Positions 59,170-64,000 of a DNA stretch of 64,000 nucleotides are shown in pieces. The notes beneath the pieces are model-generated. The model saw only the letters and a program-made list of their open reading frames with translations, searched no databases and was not told the origin of the DNA. The stretch spans positions 736,001 through 800,000 of the forward strand of contig OZ219917.1 in the NCBI GenBank assembly GCA_964291415.2, in the 5' to 3' direction. Every line of letters starts with the position of its first letter. Within the stretch, counting starts at the first letter, position 1. Origin of the DNA: Alphaproteobacteria bacterium. GTDB taxonomy: Bacteria > Pseudomonadota > Alphaproteobacteria > SP197. The position numbers were made by a program, and so were the translations under genes.

Positions 59170-60669
59170 CTATTGCAGGACCGGCATGACGTACTCGGCA
59201 CCTTGCCGGATGCCGGACGGCCACCGCTCGGTAACGGTCTTCAGTCGGGTGTAGAACCGGACGCCCTCGGGGCCGTGCATGTGGTGGTCGCCGAAGAGCG
59301 ATCGCTTCCAGCCGCCGAAACTGTGATAGGCGACCGGCACCGGAATCGGCACGTTGACGCCCACCATGCCGATCCTGGCGCGGGTCGAGAAGTCGCGCGC
59401 GGCGTCGCCGTCGCGGGTGAAGATCGCCGCGCCGTTGCCAAGTTCATGGTCGTTAACGAGCCCGAGCGCTTCCTCGTAGTCGTCCGCACGCACCACCGAG
59501 AGCACGGGCCCGAAGATCTCTTCCTTGTAGATTCGCATGTCGGGTGTGACGCGGTCGAAGATCGATCCGCCAATGAAGTTGCCGTTCTCGTAGCCTTGCA
59601 GCGAGAAGCCGCGCCCGTCGACGACGAGCTCCGCGCCTTCCTCGACGCCGAGATCGATGTAGCTCCGCACTTTCTCGTAGTGCTGGCGCGTGATGAGCGG
59701 ACCCATGTCGGCATCGGGATCGGTGTAGGGACCGATGCGGAGACTCTCGACGCGCGGCTGCAGGCGCTCAATCAGGGCGTCGCCGACCTGCTGGCCGACG
59801 GTCACCGCCACCGAGACCGCCATGCAGCGCTCGCCGGCCGAGCCAAACGCTGCCCCCATCAATGCATCGGTGGCCTGCTCGAGATCGGCATCGGGCATCA
59901 CGACCATGTGGTTCTTGGCGCCGCCCAGGGCCTGCACCCGTTTCCCGTGGGCCGTGCCGGTCCGATAGACGTACTCGGCAACGGGTGTCGAGCCAACGAA
60001 GCTCACGGCCTGAACGGCGGGATCGGCCAGCAGCGCATCGACCGCGACCTTGTCGCCGTTGACCACGTTGAGAATTCCCGGTGGCGCACCGGCCTCCTCC
60101 AGCAGCTCGACCAGCCGCAGGGCACACGACGGCGCCTTCTCCGATGGCTTCAGCACGAACGCGTTGCCGCAGGCAATCGCCATCGGGAACATCCACATCG
60201 GCACCATCGCCGGAAAGTTGAACGGCGTGATGCCGGCCACAACGCCGAGCGGATGGCGCGCGGCATGGCTGTCCACGCCGGTGCCGACACTGGCACTGAA
60301 CTCTCCCTTCAGCATCTGCGAGATTCCGCAGGCGAACTCCACCACCTCGAGCCCGCGCGTCACCGATCCCCGTGCATCCGACAGCGTCTTGCCGTGCTCG
60401 CGGGACACACGCTCGGCAAGCTCGTCCATGTGCTCCTCGACAAGGTCCTTGAAGCGGTACATGACCCGCGCACGGTTCTGTGGCGTTACCGCGGCCCAGG
60501 CCGGCTGCGCCTCCGCCGCAGTGCGCACCGCCTCGGCCACGAGTGACTCCGACCCAAACGGCACGCGCGCGATCACCTCGCCGGTCGCCGGGTTCGTGAC
60601 TTCGCCCAGGAGCGCCGCGTCGCCAGGAACCCTGCGTCCGCCGACGTAGTGATGAAGCACGTCAGCCAT
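59170..60669 (-). CDS. mmsA: CoA-acylating (methyl)malonate-semialdehyde dehydrogenase
   Basis: ITPFNFPAM, KPSE, SFVGST, AKNH, GSAGERCMA, EEIFGP and GVNVPIPVP. Confidence 0.95.
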   Translation of the reverse strand: MADVLHHYVGGRRVPGDAALLGEVTNPATGEVIARVPFGSESLVAEAVRTAAEAQPAWAAVTPQNRARVMYRFKDLVEEHMDELAERVSREHGKTLSDARGSVTRGLEVVEFACGISQMLKGEFSASVGTGVDSHAARHPLGVVAGITPFNFPAMVPMWMFPMAIACGNAFVLKPSEKAPSCALRLVELLEEAGAPPGILNVVNGDKVAVDALLADPAVQAVSFVGSTPVAEYVYRTGTAHGKRVQALGGAKNHMVVMPDADLEQATDALMGAAFGSAGERCMAVSVAVTVGQQVGDALIERLQPRVESLRIGPYTDPDADMGPLITRQHYEKVRSYIDLGVEEGAELVVDGRGFSLQGYENGNFIGGSIFDRVTPDMRIYKEEIFGPVLSVVRADDYEEALGLVNDHELGNGAAIFTRDGDAARDFSTRARIGMVGVNVPIPVPVAYHSFGGWKRSLFGDHHMHGPEGVRFYTRLKTVTERWPSGIRQGAEYVMPVLQ

Positions 60670-60892
60670 CGCGCAACGCCCCGGCGGCCTCCTGCGTGAT
60701 GAACGAAATCCCCATGACGGCAATCACGGGCAAGACATGCGATGCCCCGGGTTCCGGCATCCCGGTGTTCCGCAACATCTTCGAAGTCACAGTCCGGTCC
60801 CTTCCCCTGGATCGCAGCGAGCCTTGCGAGCGATTCGGAAGGGCATCGCCGACAGTAGCGTCGACGATAGTCGGGTCACGTGCTTTCGCGCG

Positions 60893-60908
60893 TCCCCAAC
60901 CTTGGGGA
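60893..60908. promoter_or_regulatory. Palindromic operator candidate, copy 1
   Basis: TCCCCAA-cc-TTGGGGA, with perfect arms. Confidence 0.5.
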
Positions 60909-61345
60909 GAACGGGCACTTTTTTTGGAGAGTCTCCGGTGGTCTTGAGTCTGTCTGGCGAGGGCTTCGCCAGTCCTGGTTTGGAACAGGACGCAGAAACA
61001 GCGCACGTCGCGCGGAGACCGATGTTCAAGACATTTCCGGCAGTCCGGCAGGGTGGTGTTTGCGTCGGCGTTGCGGCGGAGTGGGTCCGGACCGGACCAT
61101 CGGCACCGGGCCACTCCGTCAAGAGGGTCGCGCTTCGCATGGGGACCGGTCTTGCCGCAGTGAGGCCCGGAAACGCGCGAGCATTTCTCAACACGGGTTT
61201 TCCGGATGGCGCATCCGACCCAACCCGTCGAGGAGCAGTTCTCCTTCAGCCTGCTTGCGCGGCAGGAAAACCTCTTTCCGGGCGGAAAGTGTTGGCTCGC
61301 CCTGCAGAGCGGAATCGCGCCTGCACGCGACGACCCTGCCGTGTC

Positions 61346-61361
61346 TCCCTAAAATTGGGGA
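61346..61361. promoter_or_regulatory. Palindromic operator candidate, copy 2
   Basis: TCCCTAA-aa-TTGGGGA, the same motif with one mismatch. Confidence 0.5.
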
Positions 61362-61551
61362 AGCACGCAAACACACAGTTCGAATACTCTTGCCTGTGGA
61401 GGTGCGTCATCATGCGGGCGAATGCCCTTTTCATATGGCAGCAGATCGCCGCAGGCAGCCACGTCGGCAGGGCCGGGAATGTCGGCAGCAAGGGCAGCAT
61501 TCCTAGCGAGACTGGAGGCGTCGGGGCCGCGAAGCGTCCGCCAGTGAAGCC

Positions 61552-62709
61552 GTGGCCGAAAGCGAGCTGAACGCGTTCGAGCGCATCCTCGGCGCGCTGC
61601 ACGAGGCGGCGCTCGATTCTGCCCGCTGGCCGGACGCCTCGGCGCTGATCGACGAAGCTCTCGGCACGCACGGCAGTTCCCTGGCGTGCGGCGACGGAGA
61701 GACCGACGAGGGCTTCCGGCTCTACTTCATGTGGACCTGCCTGCGCGGTCAGAGACGCCAGGACCTGGAGCGTCTCTGGATGGAGACCTACTATCCCTTG
61801 GACGAAGGGATACGCCGCCTGCGGCGCCACCCCTTCAACCGGCTGATCCCCGTCACCGACCTCTACACCGAGGAGGAGATGAAGACCTCCGAGGCCTACA
61901 ACGCGCTGCGCACCTTTGCCCATGCCGGGAACGGGATCGACGTGCGTCTGGCCGGTCCAGACGGCTCGCGGATCATGTGGCAGATCAACGACCCGGTGGA
62001 CGGGGATGGCTGGACGTCCGGGCGGCTCGACCTGATCCGGCGTCTCCAGCCGCATGTACGGCAGACCGTGCACGTCCGGCAGACGCTGGCCGGCGCCGGC
62101 GCCCTGGGTGCGGCGCTGACGGATCTGCTCGACGCCGAAGGGCTGGGCATCATACAGCTGGACGCGCGCGGACGGATCGTGGCGGTGAACGACCGCGCCC
62201 GGGACCTGTTGCGGACGGGCGACGGCCTGTTTGACGAGAACGGCTTCCTGTTCGCCCGCAATCCGAAGGACAATGACGGCCTCCAGAAACTCCTGAGCCG
62301 CACCTTGCCGCCGGTCGGAGCCCGAGGCGCCGGCGGATCGACGACGGCGAGGCGACCGGGCGTCATGCCGCCACTGGTGCTGCATGTGCACCCGGTGGGT
62401 CGCCAGGAGACGGATTATCCCGCCTGGCCGGTGGCGGCGCTCGTGCTGCTCGTCGACCCGGCGACCCGGGATGCCGTCGATCCTGCCGTTGCCGCGGCGG
62501 CACTCGATCTCACGCGCATGGAGAGCCGGGTTGCGGTGTTGCTGGCCCAGGGCATGAGCGTGAACCAGATCGCGACGGCCACGGATCGCAAGGAGAGCAC
62601 CATCCGCTCGCACGTCAAGCACATGTTCGCCAAGCACGGACTCACCCGGCAGGCGGAACTGATGCGGCTGGTACAATCCCTGGGCAGCGCTCGGGATGCC
62701 CGTGACTGA
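61552..62709 (+). CDS. LuxR-type HTH regulator with GAF/PAS-like N-terminal domains
   Basis: 'L.EAALD...W', 'LD..G.I...N..A' PAS-like segment and C-terminal LT..E..VA..LA.G.S..QIA......ST...H.K..FAK. Confidence 0.88.
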   Translation: MAESELNAFERILGALHEAALDSARWPDASALIDEALGTHGSSLACGDGETDEGFRLYFMWTCLRGQRRQDLERLWMETYYPLDEGIRRLRRHPFNRLIPVTDLYTEEEMKTSEAYNALRTFAHAGNGIDVRLAGPDGSRIMWQINDPVDGDGWTSGRLDLIRRLQPHVRQTVHVRQTLAGAGALGAALTDLLDAEGLGIIQLDARGRIVAVNDRARDLLRTGDGLFDENGFLFARNPKDNDGLQKLLSRTLPPVGARGAGGSTTARRPGVMPPLVLHVHPVGRQETDYPAWPVAALVLLVDPATRDAVDPAVAAAALDLTRMESRVAVLLAQGMSVNQIATATDRKESTIRSHVKHMFAKHGLTRQAELMRLVQSLGSARDARD

Positions 62710-62895
62710 AGGCGACCAGACTTGTCGCCCGCGAGAGTTTGACATGTCGAGGGTGCGAGGCGGAGCGACGAGCGTTAGACTTGGACTGATTGCCGAATAG
62801 GTTCACGCCGAAGAGTGGCGTAGCGACGCATTCCGGTTTGCCGCATGAGTCGTGGAACCGAACCAGTCCGCGCTGCTGCGTTCCTGGAGGGAGAC

Positions 62896-63756
62896 ATGGA
62901 CAATTCGAAGAAGACGACCGATGGGGCCGCGCTGCATTCTGCAGCGGCCGAAGCGCAGGATCGCCCCCGGAGGATCAAGAACAAGCACTACGAGCAGGAA
63001 CTGTTCCGGCTCCAGCTCGAACTCGTGAAGATGCTTGAATGGATCAAGCACAAGGGGCTCAAGGTCGTGGTGCTCTTCGAGGGGCGGGACGCCGCCGGCA
63101 AGGGCGGCGTCATCAAGCGCATCACCCAGCATCTGAGTCCGCGCATCTGCCGGGTCGTCGCCTTGCCCGCGCCGACCGAGCGCGAGCAGACCCAGTGGTA
63201 CTTCCAGCGCTATGTGCCCCACCTGCCCGCCGCCGGCGAGATGGTCCTGTTCGACCGCAGCTGGTACAACCGGGCCGGCGTCGAGCGGGTGATGGGATTC
63301 TGCACCGATGAGGAGCACCGGGAGTTCCTGCGGTCCTGCCCTGAATTCGAGCGCATGCTCGTGCGGTCCGGCATCAAGCTCATCAAGTACTGGTTCTCCG
63401 TCTCCGACGAAGAGCAGGAGAAGAGATTCCAGAGCCGGCTGGAACAGGATCACAAGCGCTGGAAGCTGAGTCCGATGGACCTGGAATCGCGGCGCAGGTG
63501 GATCGAGTACTCCAGGGCGAAGGACGAGAACTTCGCGCACACGGATATCAAGCAGGCACCGTGGTACGTCGTCGATGCGGACATCAAGAAGCACGCGCGG
63601 TTGAACTGCATCAGCCATCTGCTGAGCATGATTCCCTACGAGGACCTGACGCCGGAGCCGATCGAGCTTCCGCAGCGCACGGAGGCCGGTGCATATGTGC
63701 GACCGCCGTTTACCGATCAGACGATGGTCCCGTCGGTCTATCCCGACGAAGAGTAG
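62896..63756 (+). CDS. ppk2: Polyphosphate kinase 2 (class I)
   Basis: FEGRDAAGKGG, WYFQRY, FDRSWYNR and WKLSPMD; RBS GGAGGGAG. Confidence 0.96.
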   Translation: MDNSKKTTDGAALHSAAAEAQDRPRRIKNKHYEQELFRLQLELVKMLEWIKHKGLKVVVLFEGRDAAGKGGVIKRITQHLSPRICRVVALPAPTEREQTQWYFQRYVPHLPAAGEMVLFDRSWYNRAGVERVMGFCTDEEHREFLRSCPEFERMLVRSGIKLIKYWFSVSDEEQEKRFQSRLEQDHKRWKLSPMDLESRRRWIEYSRAKDENFAHTDIKQAPWYVVDADIKKHARLNCISHLLSMIPYEDLTPEPIELPQRTEAGAYVRPPFTDQTMVPSVYPDEE

Positions 63757-63827
63757 GCCGCACCCGACAAAGCCGTCACCGCTCAAGTGCGCCGGCGCGC
63801 TCCGACTGCGGTGAGCGGCTGATCGCG

Positions 63828-64000
63828 TCAGGCAGGCAGGGGAATGTCGCCGCCGTCCTTCACCGTGTAGACCCGCAGCGGGCGCTCGCGTCCACGAATC
63901 TCGCTCAGGTGGGATGGAATGGAGGAGAGATCGGCCCCGGCGAGACGTGCGACACGCTGCGAGAGCACCGCCTGGCAGCCGAATTCCTTGGTCATCGCCT
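63828..64000 (-). CDS. C-terminal end of a class III adenylate/guanylate cyclase (partial)
   Basis: AMTKEFGCQAVLS..V.......IRGRERPLRVY...* matches the cyclase domain tail (TK...S...+RGR..P..VY). Confidence 0.7.
   Translation of the reverse strand, partial: AMTKEFGCQAVLSQRVARLAGADLSSIPSHLSEIRGRERPLRVYTVKDGGDIPLPA

Noticed and set aside
56971-60546. 1191-aa + strand ORF and other long ORFs (1120-3024, 3463-4890, 17853-20000, 33937-35907, 54858-56813)
   Set aside because: These are antisense or off-frame shadows of well-supported genes, typical of high-GC codon bias, and carry no domain motifs.
1-64000. CRISPR arrays, tRNA/rRNA genes, intact IS, integrase or prophage genes
   Set aside because: No regularly spaced repeats, cloverleaf signatures or transposase/integrase motifs were recognised by eye.

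Overview
High-GC window, most likely from an alphaproteobacterium (inferred from the tim44-mltA-smr/fxsA-secB synteny, ccmF-H-I and class I ppk2). Two candidates stand out as undescribed systems. (1) At about 1.07-13.7 kb is an apparently complete RiPP cluster. It has a nitrile-hydratase-leader (NHLP/proteusin-type) precursor whose predicted core is only GGYY, two tandem CYP116-like P450s, a SAM methyltransferase, two paralogous ~350-aa unknown proteins and an NHLM export set with a hairpin-less adaptor. No YcaO, LanM or radical SAM enzyme is present. (2) At about 32.0-32.55 kb is an ORF-free, heavily base-paired ~530-nt candidate large ncRNA with its own promoter and terminator. The rest of the window is mostly catabolic or housekeeping: a Mo-hydroxylase operon, GlnT-Amt, an N-methylproline demethylase-like enzyme, lutABC, a Rieske oxygenase, a polyamine-type ABC transporter and mmsA. 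Several decayed modules are also present (CueR/DUF4396, orphan vapB, hipBA/Fic, GSU2403-type nucleotidyltransferase). No rRNA, tRNA, CRISPR array or intact transposase was seen. Start codons were refined by eye, and family calls come from motif recognition, not database searches.
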